From contig OZ252299.1 of the NCBI GenBank assembly GCA_965250285.1, positions 1,376,001 to 1,440,000 of the forward strand: a stretch of 64,000 nucleotides of DNA, in the 5' to 3' direction. The position numbers were made by a program, and so were the translations under genes. Positions 18,249 to 28,374 of this stretch are shown piece by piece; position 1 is the first letter of the stretch, and each line of letters opens with the position of its first letter. Source of the stretch: Myxococcota bacterium (GTDB lineage Bacteria; Myxococcota_A; UBA9160; UBA4427). The notes under the pieces are model-generated. The model saw nothing but the letters and a program-made list of their open reading frames with translations. It did no database searches and had not been told where the DNA came from.

Positions 18249-18716
18249 TCTATACACGGAGGGAGGCCAGCAGCTGGAACGTCTGTGCTGTAGGGGCTGA
18301 CGATCTCGCTGCGGAGTGGTACTCCCCACGATGAGGGAGTGAGTTGGGTGAGAAACTGACACTACCACTGCTCTCAAAGGAGCAGTATGTGCTGCCACGC
18401 ACTCCGAGCGGAAGCAAGCGCGCGCGGAACAAGGCGTTCAACGCAATCAAGCGGAGCGCCCAGGCGCTCGACGGCTCTCCTTACGAATCGAATCGCATCT
18501 TCGCGAGTATCGCCGTCTACAGTCTTCTTACATAGCAAGCCATCGCCGCCGTGAGGCTTAATGCACTCACTCACCCAAACGCATGGAAGCGGAAGCTTGC
18601 GCTCCGAACCATCCTCCTGTCCCTCTACGCACGGGACGTTGACAAGGTGAGCGGGTGTCGAGACGAAGCCAAGGTGATAGCGAAAGCCCACCACGATTTA
18701 GAGGAGTGGCCTGGCG

Positions 18717-19664
18717 TTGGTTCAGACGTGCCCTGTGTGTTGTGCGCAAGGATGTGAGATCGCCCGGGGGCCAGAGTTCGGATCGTACTTCGACTGCAAG
18801 AACTGCGGACGATTTCGTTCCGATCTTGGGAGCCTGACCTTGTTCATGCGGCGCCATTCCGACCGCGAGCAGCAGGCAGTCTTGAGCCACGCGATCCGGA
18901 GTCGCCAGCGCGATCATTGGTCGCCACACGTAACTCCGATATGGGCAGAAGCGGTCCTTAGCGATCGGCATCTTCCGGATCCTGCCACGCAGGCGCAGAA
19001 TCTGCTCCTGTGGCTGGGGCAGCAACTGCGTCACCCAGGGAACGCTGTAGTGCGCTTCCCTTCAACGCTCAGGGCCACAGTCGGGGCTGTTGACGAGGAA
19101 GGAGCGAAGTTCATTATCGATGCGCTAGTCGGTCGCGGTCTGGTTTCGTCACTCGGCACCATGGACGGATCGAAGCTAACTCTGACGTTCGACGGATGGG
19201 ATGAGTTTCACAGGCTCCAAAGAGAATCAGCCGACAGCCGACGTGGATTCATGGCCATGGGCTTCAGCGAAGCACCAACGGACGAGCTTTTTCGCGGCCA
19301 CTTCAAGCCCGCCGCTCTCCGTGCTGGATTCGAACTGCTCCGGCTGGATGAAGAACCAGTGGCTGGGCCAATCGACGAGCGCCTCCGAGTCGAAATCCGG
19401 CGTTCGGCTTTCCTCGTGGCAGATCTCTCGTGCGCGAACCAGGGCGCGTACTGGGAGGCTGGATTCGCTGAAGGGCTGGGAAAGCCGGTGATTTACAGCT
19501 GTGAACAGTCAGTCTGGGACGATCCCAAGACGAAGCCGCACTTCGACACCAACCACTTGCACACGATCATCTGGGCACGTGAAGAGATGGCGGTGGCTGG
19601 TGAGAAGCTCATGGACACCATCCGAAACACGCTCCCAAATCTCGCAAAGATGGAGGACGAATGA
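18717..19664 (+). CDS. Zn-ribbon + winged-helix-like + nucleoside 2-deoxyribosyltransferase/TIR-like domain protein
   Basis: CPVC...CKNCG; GFMAMGF...IRRSAFLVADLS..N.GAYWEAGFAEGLGKPVIY...HFDTNH. Confidence 0.85.
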   Translation: MVQTCPVCCAQGCEIARGPEFGSYFDCKNCGRFRSDLGSLTLFMRRHSDREQQAVLSHAIRSRQRDHWSPHVTPIWAEAVLSDRHLPDPATQAQNLLLWLGQQLRHPGNAVVRFPSTLRATVGAVDEEGAKFIIDALVGRGLVSSLGTMDGSKLTLTFDGWDEFHRLQRESADSRRGFMAMGFSEAPTDELFRGHFKPAALRAGFELLRLDEEPVAGPIDERLRVEIRRSAFLVADLSCANQGAYWEAGFAEGLGKPVIYSCEQSVWDDPKTKPHFDTNHLHTIIWAREEMAVAGEKLMDTIRNTLPNLAKMEDE

Positions 19665-19903
19665 CCGTCGCAGAATTGATGAGCCAGCTAGAGCGCCTTG
19701 ACTCCAATCTGCGGATAGTCGTCTACACGGAAGGCGAAGGGCTGCTCGGGTAGGAGGGTGTGCGTGTGTTGGATATCGCTTGGCGTGCCAGAGAGGAGAC
19801 TGTGCGCACGCGAAGCGACAGCTCTGGGGCGGTTTGGCTGAAGAGTGCGGGCCAGGGTGACGGTTCGAGGGTTGCCCTGCTCGAGGTCACGTTCGACGTG
19901 TAG
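19661..19903 (+). pseudogene. Small protein interrupted by an in-frame TAG (19751-19753)
   Basis: ATGA overlap with the upstream gene; MTVAELMSQLERLDSNLRIVVYTEGEGLLG*EGVRVLDI...LLEVTFDV reads protein-like on both sides of the stop. Confidence 0.6.
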
Positions 19904-19963
19904 CCAGGCAAGGCTGTCACGTGGCGCAGCGAAGAAACGAACGGCTAGGGAAGGCCGAAGTGA

Positions 19964-20479
19964 GTGATGAAGGCGTTGGCTGAGACTGTCTTTCTGAGCG
20001 AGATCGTTTTTCAAGCGAGGATCGCCGAGCGAGCAGCATCGCGACTCGGCGATCAAACCTCCGATGTTGACCACGTCGATGTCTGGTCAGCGATCCAGTC
20101 GATACTAGTCGCCGCTGGGAATGTCTCGAAGATTCTGTGGCCCTCAGAGAAGAACGCCGAGCGCGGCGAGCACCTGAGGAAGCTCCTAAGTGTCGACGAC
20201 GGCAATCCGCTCAAGAGCAGGAAGCTTCGAAACCACTTCGAGCACTACGATGAGCGAATACAAAGCTGGTTTGAGGAAAGTGGGTCGGTCGTCTATCTCG
20301 ACCCGGAGATTCGGTCGAGCGCAGGCCATCTGATATCGATGCCACGTGCTAGCCACCGATCATTCGATCCGACAACGATGACGGTGACGTTTCGGGGAGA
20401 GACGACAGACCTCAAGGGCATCCTGTCTGCGCTCAGGGAGATCCGTGAGCGCTGCGGACGATATGTTCTGAACCAGTAG
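19964..20479 (+). CDS. Helical protein with HEPN-like Rx4H motif
   Basis: RKLRNHFEHYDER in an all-alpha context. Confidence 0.7.
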   Translation: MMKALAETVFLSEIVFQARIAERAASRLGDQTSDVDHVDVWSAIQSILVAAGNVSKILWPSEKNAERGEHLRKLLSVDDGNPLKSRKLRNHFEHYDERIQSWFEESGSVVYLDPEIRSSAGHLISMPRASHRSFDPTTMTVTFRGETTDLKGILSALREIRERCGRYVLNQ

Positions 20480-20613
20480 CCGACGAGGTACTCGGCGAGT
20501 AGGCGCCTCCAGTTACAGAACCGTGCCCACTTGATCTAGCGTGGGCAAGCGCTTGATCACTCTCCACAGCGAGTCGGCACATGCAGCTGCGCCCCAACGG
20601 TGAGGCCACCTAC

Positions 20614-20919
20614 ATGCTTGACATCCGGGCCCTAGCCGAACGCATCCCCGATGAGATTGAGCGTATGTACGCCTGCACCACGCGCTCGGCTCATACCGAC
20701 TCGTTCGACAAGCTCGTCGTCGAGTTCGAGCAGCCTGACTTCGTTGCGACGGTCTCGGTCTGGGAAAACGGCTGCTGCGATGTCGATTGCCTAGCCGGTC
20801 GCGAGGGGTCGTTTTGGCATGGTGAATTCGAGTCGAACGCAGCGGCAGTGCCGGCGATTGTTGCCGTCCTCGAGCTGCTGCCAGAGCTTCCGCCTTCTAT
20901 TGGCGGGCCGGTCGAGTAG
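20614..20919 (+). CDS. Small acidic protein, immunity-protein-like (TriTu-like)
   Basis: GAGG RBS; ATVSVWENGCCDVD motif; family call tentative. Confidence 0.55.
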   Translation: MLDIRALAERIPDEIERMYACTTRSAHTDSFDKLVVEFEQPDFVATVSVWENGCCDVDCLAGREGSFWHGEFESNAAAVPAIVAVLELLPELPPSIGGPVE

Positions 20920-22064
20920 CGGTCAGCAACAGTAGAGTTGCTTTCTCTGAGGTGGAACATCCTCCGCGCTACGATCTAAGCCTACCAGTCGCAGGTGTTC
21001 TCGCACGTCGATTCCCTGCTGCCAATCGGCTCGGCGCCCGGCCCGAGCCCGGTAGAAAGCCGGGCACTATCTCAACTCGGGCGCATGTCGCCGGTTTGCC
21101 AGATGCGCGAGAAGCGGTCGCCGATAGAGCGTAACCGCTCCTGCCATCGAAGCCGGGTTGCGACGTTCTCTCAGTCATCAGCAGCGATAGACGAGCTCGC
21201 GAAATCTGTAGTGACGGAAGTGCCAATGGCGCCCCCAGGTTATCGGCCCTGTTTCGCGAAGTGCGAAGGCCCTTGGGCGCGCTCTCCCTCTGCCGTTCCT
21301 GGAGCCTCCGGGAGAAACGGGGCCTCGTTCAGACGCAGCGCACTCCTTCCCCCGAAGTGGTCGATCATCTACAAGACCGGGTCAACTCCAAGATGCTATC
21401 GGCGACTGTCCAGTTCGAGTCGAATATGCGCGCGCGTCCAGCCCCCCCAAGAAAACGGATGCGATCCCATCAGCGCCTACCGGTCCTGCAGTCCCCGTGT
21501 GCACACTGGGCGTCGTGCGTCGGTCGCGGGTGTTTGCCCGACCAAGACTGGCGTGCAACGCGCTGCGTTGAAGGGAGGCGGATCGAAGGGGCTACGGTTG
21601 AAGACGCGCCGCAGTTGGCACACTTGTGTGTGGTTCGCGGTGAAACCACATCACTGGATGAGCGGTGGATTCCCTGATGCGTATTCAAGTGTCTTGTCAC
21701 TCACTACACGGCACCTCGGCGACGCGATACGGTGTTTCGTCTTAGGGAGATCGTGCGTGCTTGAATTCCAAGACTCGGCGAGGCTCAGCGGAGGCGCTAC
21801 CAATAGCCACTCACATTCGACTGCCGACCACTTTGACCCGGAAGTCGTTGAAGAAGGCCATGCTGGATAATCGACCCTGGATGCATCGCGGCTACGGACG
21901 CCAACTGCGTGGCACCCCCTCGCTTGTTGGTGAACGAGGCGGTGCTCGATCTCAGCGCTTGCGACGGTCTCCCTCGGCCACTAGAGGGCCCTCGATGTCG
22001 ATTCGGCGACTGGAGACTGCGCCAGCAAGATAGATTTACGTTTGACACGGGTGGAGAGTGAGAG

Positions 22065-22394
22065 ATGCGTACACAGATCGATCGAGTCGCGACCATCGGC
22101 GCATTGAGCCTATTGGTGATCATTGGACTGACGAGCCTAGTGTCCACTGCTGAACAGCCGGGAGCGGGTGCACAGGAGATCACCATCACCTGCCAATGCC
22201 TAACCAAAGCGGCGGGCTCGCACTGCCAGTCCCCTGTCAGCGAGCTGCAGGCCTTCACGTACCACCTATCGGGACGATACGAGAACCCGGATCGCCCGCA
22301 CGATGCAGACTCTCTGCAGCGCTATTGCCACAGAAACGCAGATGCAGCTTGCCTCTGCACCGATGTCGACATGTTTAGCGGGAAGATCGAGTAG
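22065..22394 (+). CDS. Small secreted Cys-rich protein
   Basis: GGAGAG RBS; N-terminal hydrophobic helix; 6 Cys (CQC...C...C...CLC). Confidence 0.7.
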   Translation: MRTQIDRVATIGALSLLVIIGLTSLVSTAEQPGAGAQEITITCQCLTKAAGSHCQSPVSELQAFTYHLSGRYENPDRPHDADSLQRYCHRNADAACLCTDVDMFSGKIE

Positions 22395-22658
22395 CGAAGT
22401 CTGCCGCGGCGCCCCCTGTTGGTAGGTGATGTATGGACGGTAGTCGCCGCGTGCGATGCTTCGGTTCGCATCGCGCGCACCGGGAAGCCTGTGCGGGCGT
22501 CAGGGTGCAGTAGACGCGGGCAGGCTAGCTTCGACGAATCCTGGCCTACCGTGACGCCCATCCGAGAACTCTGCGAACGCGAAAGGAGCCGCGTGCAGTA
22601 TCGCCAAATCTCACGAAGACGGTTGCGATTGCGTCTCGACCTACGTCGCTCCAACTCG

Positions 22659-24554
22659 ATGCGCCGCTCGAGATGGGTCAGCCGGACCGCAGCACTCGTC
22701 GCGCTCTACGCATCCGCGCCACTGGCCGCTGACGATCCAGCGAACACCGGCGGTCAAATAAGGCCAATAGCAGTCTCGGAAGCGACGATTCAGCTCGACG
22801 GGAGAGTGATTGAGATTCACCGCGGTGCCGAACACGGAGACGCATCAGGTTCCACGACATACTTCCACAAGCCCATCTTGGCTCTTCGCGAGATCGAAGA
22901 GCCCCTGGAAGAAGGCTGTCCAACCTATGTCAGGAGCATTAGGTCAATGGACGACGCTGACTACGTCCGTCTGTCGTTCGTCGCATCCACACCGCGGTTA
23001 CGCGCGATTGCAGAAGACCGGGTTAGGAGCAGCCGGAGAGAGACGCAATGGCTCCGCGACAAAGGCCTTGAGGCAGAAGACGTTGCCGTTCTCCCGTGGC
23101 CAACGAGCGAGGTAGTGGTTCGAATCATCGATCAGGACAGCCAGGCAGTCCTCGCCGCCGGGCAGGCACCGATACCCTCGGGCGACCGTGCTCACTACTA
23201 CGATGTCTCCGTCGTCCCAACGAGCTTCGGTTCCGCTCAGCTTTGCGATCGGCTGTCGGAAGGCTCGATTCGCATTCATCTCGGCTTGGGATATCCGGGT
23301 GTACGCATCGAAACTGCCAAGGCCGAGTCGCTGGCGAGCATACGGCTTCAATCCGCGATCACAAAGGCTCTTGAGCACGCCAATCTCGGCCCGAACGTGC
23401 CGATCTTCCAGAACCAAGAGCGCGCGCTTCGCTCTCAGCTCACCGAGGAGCGGGCAACAATAGTCTCCGCCGAAAGTGCAGAAGTGGCGAAGATGATCGA
23501 CACGGTCTCGTTGGAGAGGATCCTCCCCGCGCTGGACTGGCAACCATACGAGGAACAGGACGCCGACTTCCAGAAGGCGCTGGCGGCGTACCTGGAGCCG
23601 CAGATCGAAACGATCGTAGCTGCTCGAAAAGAGTATGAGTCGGAGACTGACACCAGGGAGATCGCAGATAGCGTAAAGCTGTCGCCCGGAGGCAAGTCAG
23701 GCCCGTTCGATCTCAGCCGTGGCGAGACGCGTACCCTCGTTGCTACTTCGGGCGTCGATTTCACGGAGACAACGACAGACAGTGTACTCAAGCCCAGCAG
23801 GGCTCTCGTGACCTACTTCAACACAGATTGGCGCGATGAGTCCCGACGAGCGATCGCCTACGCCCATTTGGTAACTGCTACAAGCGATGCGATCGTTGCG
23901 GAGGACGCGATCCGCCCATCGTTCAACGAGGCGTCAATCAAGGAGATTCTGGATGGTAGGGATACTCACGACTACTACTCCGAGATACCACTGGGCGCAT
24001 CCTTCTGCTACTTCGGGTCCGGACAGAATCCGCCGAACGGATTCGCATGGGCAGATGGTCGAACCGATTGGCCGAGCGCATCTTGGGTTCCGGAAGAACT
24101 GCGATCAACGCCAGTTCCTGATCTGACGGATCGCTTCATGTCTGGAACTGATAGTGAAGAGAGTGTCGCGCGCGAGTACGAATCCAGCTTCGCGATCCTC
24201 CAACGCCCTGCGGAGAAAACGAGCGTTTTGTTCTCGGGGGCAGGCTACGTGCTTGACGGCGAGGTGCCCGTTCCCAAACTATTCGGCAGTAAGGATCCAA
24301 TTGGATGGCACGTTCCGCTCTATCCAATCTTCGCGCCAAACACACACCCGGCTGGGAACGACATCGCAGGCTCGGCGGGTGGCCAGTTCCCGGGGCTTCT
24401 AGGTGTAAACGCGGCTAATCCGCTGAAGCTAAAGAAGGTCACGATCAAGGCCGTTGAACACGCGTTTCCCGAGAAAGAACGGACAATCGACCTTTCAACT
24501 GCCGAAGCGGCACCTCCTCATATCAAGTGCCGCTGGATCATCCGGGTGAACTAG
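22659..24554 (+). CDS. Secreted protein with C-terminal phage tail-collar-like domain
   Basis: Signal MRRSRWVSRTAALVALYASAPLAA; IPLGA...Y.G....P.GF..ADG...VPDL.DRF..G and terminal PP.....WIIRV. Confidence 0.75.
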   Translation: MRRSRWVSRTAALVALYASAPLAADDPANTGGQIRPIAVSEATIQLDGRVIEIHRGAEHGDASGSTTYFHKPILALREIEEPLEEGCPTYVRSIRSMDDADYVRLSFVASTPRLRAIAEDRVRSSRRETQWLRDKGLEAEDVAVLPWPTSEVVVRIIDQDSQAVLAAGQAPIPSGDRAHYYDVSVVPTSFGSAQLCDRLSEGSIRIHLGLGYPGVRIETAKAESLASIRLQSAITKALEHANLGPNVPIFQNQERALRSQLTEERATIVSAESAEVAKMIDTVSLERILPALDWQPYEEQDADFQKALAAYLEPQIETIVAARKEYESETDTREIADSVKLSPGGKSGPFDLSRGETRTLVATSGVDFTETTTDSVLKPSRALVTYFNTDWRDESRRAIAYAHLVTATSDAIVAEDAIRPSFNEASIKEILDGRDTHDYYSEIPLGASFCYFGSGQNPPNGFAWADGRTDWPSASWVPEELRSTPVPDLTDRFMSGTDSEESVAREYESSFAILQRPAEKTSVLFSGAGYVLDGEVPVPKLFGSKDPIGWHVPLYPIFAPNTHPAGNDIAGSAGGQFPGLLGVNAANPLKLKKVTIKAVEHAFPEKERTIDLSTAEAAPPHIKCRWIIRVN

Positions 24555-24697
24555 AAGAGCCCCACCCAAGTTGCGTCGCCTCAGAGTGCTCGCACAGCGC
24601 CTAGGCAGTCCGACCGCGGATCGCTGACAAATCTCCCGCAGCGCCGAAGTGTTATCTCCTCTCATGCAACCGTCGCCGGCTAGTTCCCTCTTCAACC

Positions 24698-24946
24698 GTG
24701 GGCGCATCGCATGCGGTGCTCGAGAGCGGCGCCGAACTCGAGTCCGGCTACATGGTTGCCATCGACGCCGTAGACGCGATTGCCCGACACCAACCCGCCT
24801 ACGAATCGGAGTTCGGTATCGAGACGCCTGAGCACGCAGGCGGGCTGAACTCGTGCGGCTGCCACTTCAACCGCAAAGAAGGCACGTGCCATTGCCATCG
24901 TGATCGCGGATGTGGGTGCGACTGCCAGCCAAGCTCGTGCCAGTAG
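24698..24946 (+). CDS. Cys/His-rich YHYH-like peptide (possibly 5'-degraded)
   Basis: HAGGLNSCGCHFNRKEGTCHCH matches the H.GGL...GCH.....G..HCH pattern. Confidence 0.5.
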   Translation: MGASHAVLESGAELESGYMVAIDAVDAIARHQPAYESEFGIETPEHAGGLNSCGCHFNRKEGTCHCHRDRGCGCDCQPSSCQ

Positions 24947-25297
24947 CTGAGGTCAGTCACGCGCCACCTACCGTTCGGAAGGCCCACCCATTCGGGTGGG
25001 TGGCGGGGCGAGCCGATTGATCTGGAAGATTCCTTGAACTTGGCGGGGCGACGCCGGATCTCGCTTGCGCGGGTTTTCGTGTGGGCTGCTTTGTTGCAGC
25101 GACCGTTCGAGGTCGCCGCCGTCAGCTCATCGCCAACTGGACTCGGCGTCGTCCGCATTGCGCACTACGGACGCCCGCGGTCGCTCGGGTAGGCGGGCGC
25201 TAGATGGGAACTCAGAGTGTCCGCTGGTCCACAAGCACCCTTCGCGAGCACTGCATCTGGCAGGATCTGGGTCACTGACCAGGAGGCTTGCGAGTCG

Positions 25298-26464
25298 CTA
25301 CTCGACGAGGTCTTCGTCGTACATGATCGCGATGCAGTCGCTGGTCCTGTCACCTCTGACCGAGAAGACCATTAGGTCGCCGTTCGCGGAGATTCCGGCT
25401 GGTGCGGTGACATCCAGATCGGTGAGGTCGAACTTGAGAAACTCCTCGATCCAGTCTTTGGCGTCGACGTATCCCGCGTCATCTCGCCAGATCACGCCAT
25501 CTCGGAAGGCTAGACCGACGATCTTGTCTCCCTCGGCAGTCATGTCCCAGGGAACAAAGCTCTCGTCAGGGTATTCCGGAAGGTAGATCGCCTCGTCGCC
25601 ATCGATGATGTAGATCGGATATCTGGACTCTCCAGATGGATCGAAGCTCGTTCGCACGAGTATGAGGCCGGTCTCTGGAGCTACCTTGATGATCTCCGAA
25701 TAGGAATCCTCTGCGATAATCATGCGCGTCCCCTCTTCGATGCTCCACTCGAAGAAGTCCTTCCCGACGAAAATGCCTCGCTCGGATAGCCAACCCCATA
25801 TCCGGGATCCGTCCTCGCTTATCGTGATAGGCTCGGCATGGTTGTAGCCCTCCGGGAGTGGGTGGAAGGGCGCAGACGCGACTCCGAAATCCCACATCAC
25901 TGGGAAGACGCCGCCCGTGCCGAAAGGCATCTGTCCAGCTGCGATCGTGTCCCCGTCGCCCGACACAGCAACGGAGTCGTAATAGTTGTAGATGTCTGCT
26001 TCGTAGTAGTGCTCGAGGGTCTCCATTCCGGAGTCGGCCGTCCAGCGAAACACGTGGAAGTACGTCCCCCATCCTGGGACCGACCCGGCTGCGTACTTCC
26101 CCACGACGACTTGGCCATTCGAGGAGATGCCGTTCGGCCTGAAGCTCGTCGTCGGTAGTTCGTAGAGCACCGCGCCGTCGTCGCGTTTCCAAACAAGCAA
26201 TCCGCTGTACGGAATTGTCCGTCCGCGGATCGCGGCGAACGACGAGCCGTCCCTGGCGACGACGGGATTGTGACAGTCGTCGATGATCTCCACTGCGTAG
26301 CCCGCCGGGGTGCTTTCCTCTGCGATGGGCTCAGAGTCGACGGCTGGTTCCGGAGTGCGAGCTTCTTCCTCGACGCACGCAATCGATACGACGAGAGCGA
26401 ATGCGATCACTCCCGCCAATCGCGAGAGACGTGTGAGATCTACGTCGGCCCTTGTCGACGCCAA
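25298..26464 (-). CDS. Lipoprotein with HAF-like beta-propeller repeats
   Basis: Lipobox SIAC; repeats GISSNGQVVVG, VSGDGDTIA, ISEDGSRIWG, MTAEGDKIVG, GISANGD. Confidence 0.8.
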   Translation of the reverse strand: MASTRADVDLTRLSRLAGVIAFALVVSIACVEEEARTPEPAVDSEPIAEESTPAGYAVEIIDDCHNPVVARDGSSFAAIRGRTIPYSGLLVWKRDDGAVLYELPTTSFRPNGISSNGQVVVGKYAAGSVPGWGTYFHVFRWTADSGMETLEHYYEADIYNYYDSVAVSGDGDTIAAGQMPFGTGGVFPVMWDFGVASAPFHPLPEGYNHAEPITISEDGSRIWGWLSERGIFVGKDFFEWSIEEGTRMIIAEDSYSEIIKVAPETGLILVRTSFDPSGESRYPIYIIDGDEAIYLPEYPDESFVPWDMTAEGDKIVGLAFRDGVIWRDDAGYVDAKDWIEEFLKFDLTDLDVTAPAGISANGDLMVFSVRGDRTSDCIAIMYDEDLVE

Positions 26465-26690
26465 CTGGTGCTCTCCTCCGCAGCCAACTCAAATCTCCCT
26501 GCAGCACCGATACAAAGTAGGGCACTCCGACCGCCAGGTCCGTGCTCAACTGGACTCGGAAATTCGGATCGTGCGTACACTTCGTAGTTCGAGGCGACGG
26601 GCCGTCCCGAGCACAGGGCGAAGCCGACATATTGACGCGTCCCCAGCACCCTGAGATGATGCCCACGATGCCTACTGGGAAGGGGCTGCG

Positions 26691-27650
26691 ATGGCTTGTT
26701 GTGCTCGTTGGTTCTCGTTTGCTGCTGCGTTGATCGGCCTGGTGCTCGCCTCGAGCACGTCCTATGCGGTCGACATTGACTGGGTGACGATCAGCAACCC
26801 GGGAAACGCGCCTGACGACACGGGCTTCGGCAGCGTCTCGTATGAGTACATGATCGGCCGAACTGAGGTCACGAACGCGCAATACGCGTCGTTCCTGAAC
26901 TCCGTCGCTGCAACGGACACCTACGAGCTCTACAACACGAGTATGGGCGTTGTGAGTAGCCTTGGTGGCATCTCTCGTTCGGGCGCTCCAGGCGCCTACA
27001 CCTACGCGACGATCGATGGACGTGCAGAGATGCCCGTCACGTATGTCTCATTCTGGGACGCACTGAGGTTTTCGAACTGGCTGCACAACGGTAGTCCCAC
27101 AGGACCGCAGGGAGCTGGAACCACCGAAACGGGAGCCTACACGCTCGATCCGATCGGGATCGCCGAGAACACGATCACGAGAAACCCTGACGCGACGATC
27201 TTCCTGACCAGCGAGGACGAGTGGTACAAGGCTGCCTTCTTCAATCCGGAGACGATGCTGTACTCAAACTATCCCGGTGGTTCTGACACGCCGATCTCGT
27301 GCTCTTCGCCGACAGCGGCGCCCAACTCCGCCAACTGCGACTACGCCGTGCGCGACCTGACTATTGTGGGGAGCTATTCGGGTTCGGCCAGCCCTTACGG
27401 CACGTTCGACCAAGCTGGGAACACGTGGGAATGGAACGAGTCGATCTACGGAACCAGGAATCGCGGCATCCGTGGCGGCAGCCTTATCAGTACCGACCCC
27501 GATGTCTTCTCTTCGGGCGCATTGGCCATCGCGTCGACAGGGTCCGAGGGACTCACGGGGTTCCGGGTTGCAGCGATCCCTGAACCGTCAACAGCCGTTC
27601 TCGTAGGCGTTGGCCTTGCTATGAGCGGATTCCTGCGACGCCGTCAGTAA
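26691..27650 (+). CDS. SUMF1/FGE-sulfatase-fold protein with PEP-CTERM
   Basis: EVTNAQY..FLN; PVTYVSFWDA.RF.NW; EDEWYKAA; YGTFDQAGNTWEW; IPEPSTAVLVGVGL...RRRQ. Confidence 0.92.
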   Translation: MACCARWFSFAAALIGLVLASSTSYAVDIDWVTISNPGNAPDDTGFGSVSYEYMIGRTEVTNAQYASFLNSVAATDTYELYNTSMGVVSSLGGISRSGAPGAYTYATIDGRAEMPVTYVSFWDALRFSNWLHNGSPTGPQGAGTTETGAYTLDPIGIAENTITRNPDATIFLTSEDEWYKAAFFNPETMLYSNYPGGSDTPISCSSPTAAPNSANCDYAVRDLTIVGSYSGSASPYGTFDQAGNTWEWNESIYGTRNRGIRGGSLISTDPDVFSSGALAIASTGSEGLTGFRVAAIPEPSTAVLVGVGLAMSGFLRRRQ

Positions 27651-28374
27651 GGTCCTGGCTACTTCTGCAGTCCCCGACCCCGACATACGGCTAGACGACT
27701 ACTGCCCATGGTTGTCGTCGCAGGGTGCCGATGGCGCGCTCCTATTCTCGATTCACGAATCGCCCGTGAACAGTCCCGCCTGATCCCTCGAGACCGTGCA
27801 CTTCCCATGTGCCACACCCGCGGAGATCTTGCGCGAGTTCCTGCCTGATCGGCTCACGCGGGTGCCGATGAGCACCACCGTCGCGTTGAGTTGACTCCGA
27901 CTCGGTCGCCTCGCTCGCGGCAGCGCGCCTCCCGCATCCTACCTCCGCACGTATGTCGCGTCTGTGAACTGGTTTACACACGGAGCCTCTACGTCCCGAG
28001 ATGGATCGCGGAATGAGAAAGGGGCGCACACTGATGTCTCGTATGTGCTTGGTGAACCCAGAGTTCTCGCCGTCGATGTACGCAGTGCCGAACGTCGCTC
28101 CCACTGTGCCGCTCGCGGAACAGATGCCACGTAGTTCACGCCGCTATCTCGAGGAACACATGTCGGTGCGGATAGCGGGGGGCTTCGGAGTCTCTGCACG
28201 GCCTGACCGAACACCGTTTGTGAAGGCGCTCGATCATATTCAGGCAACGCGAGCTTGTGTATATGAGCCTGCAGACCCGTAGACAGAATCTCGATCCGCT
28301 CCAAGACTGGGCGCAGATGACCACGCGGGCGGCCGGCACTCGAAGTCGGACGCGCGCGACGGAAGGAGGCGTCC

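Noticed and set aside
19751..19753. Programmed amber read-through (pyrrolysine or recoding)
   Set aside because: Many neighbouring genes end in TAG and no pyl genes are in the window; a nonsense mutation is simpler.
20950..22033. ORFs of 138-291 aa
   Set aside because: No recognisable domain or consistent codon bias; left unannotated.
16950..28300. Integron cassette array
   Set aside because: Genes are in mixed orientation, and I found no repeated attC-like RYYYAAC...GTTRRRY sites and no IntI-type integrase.
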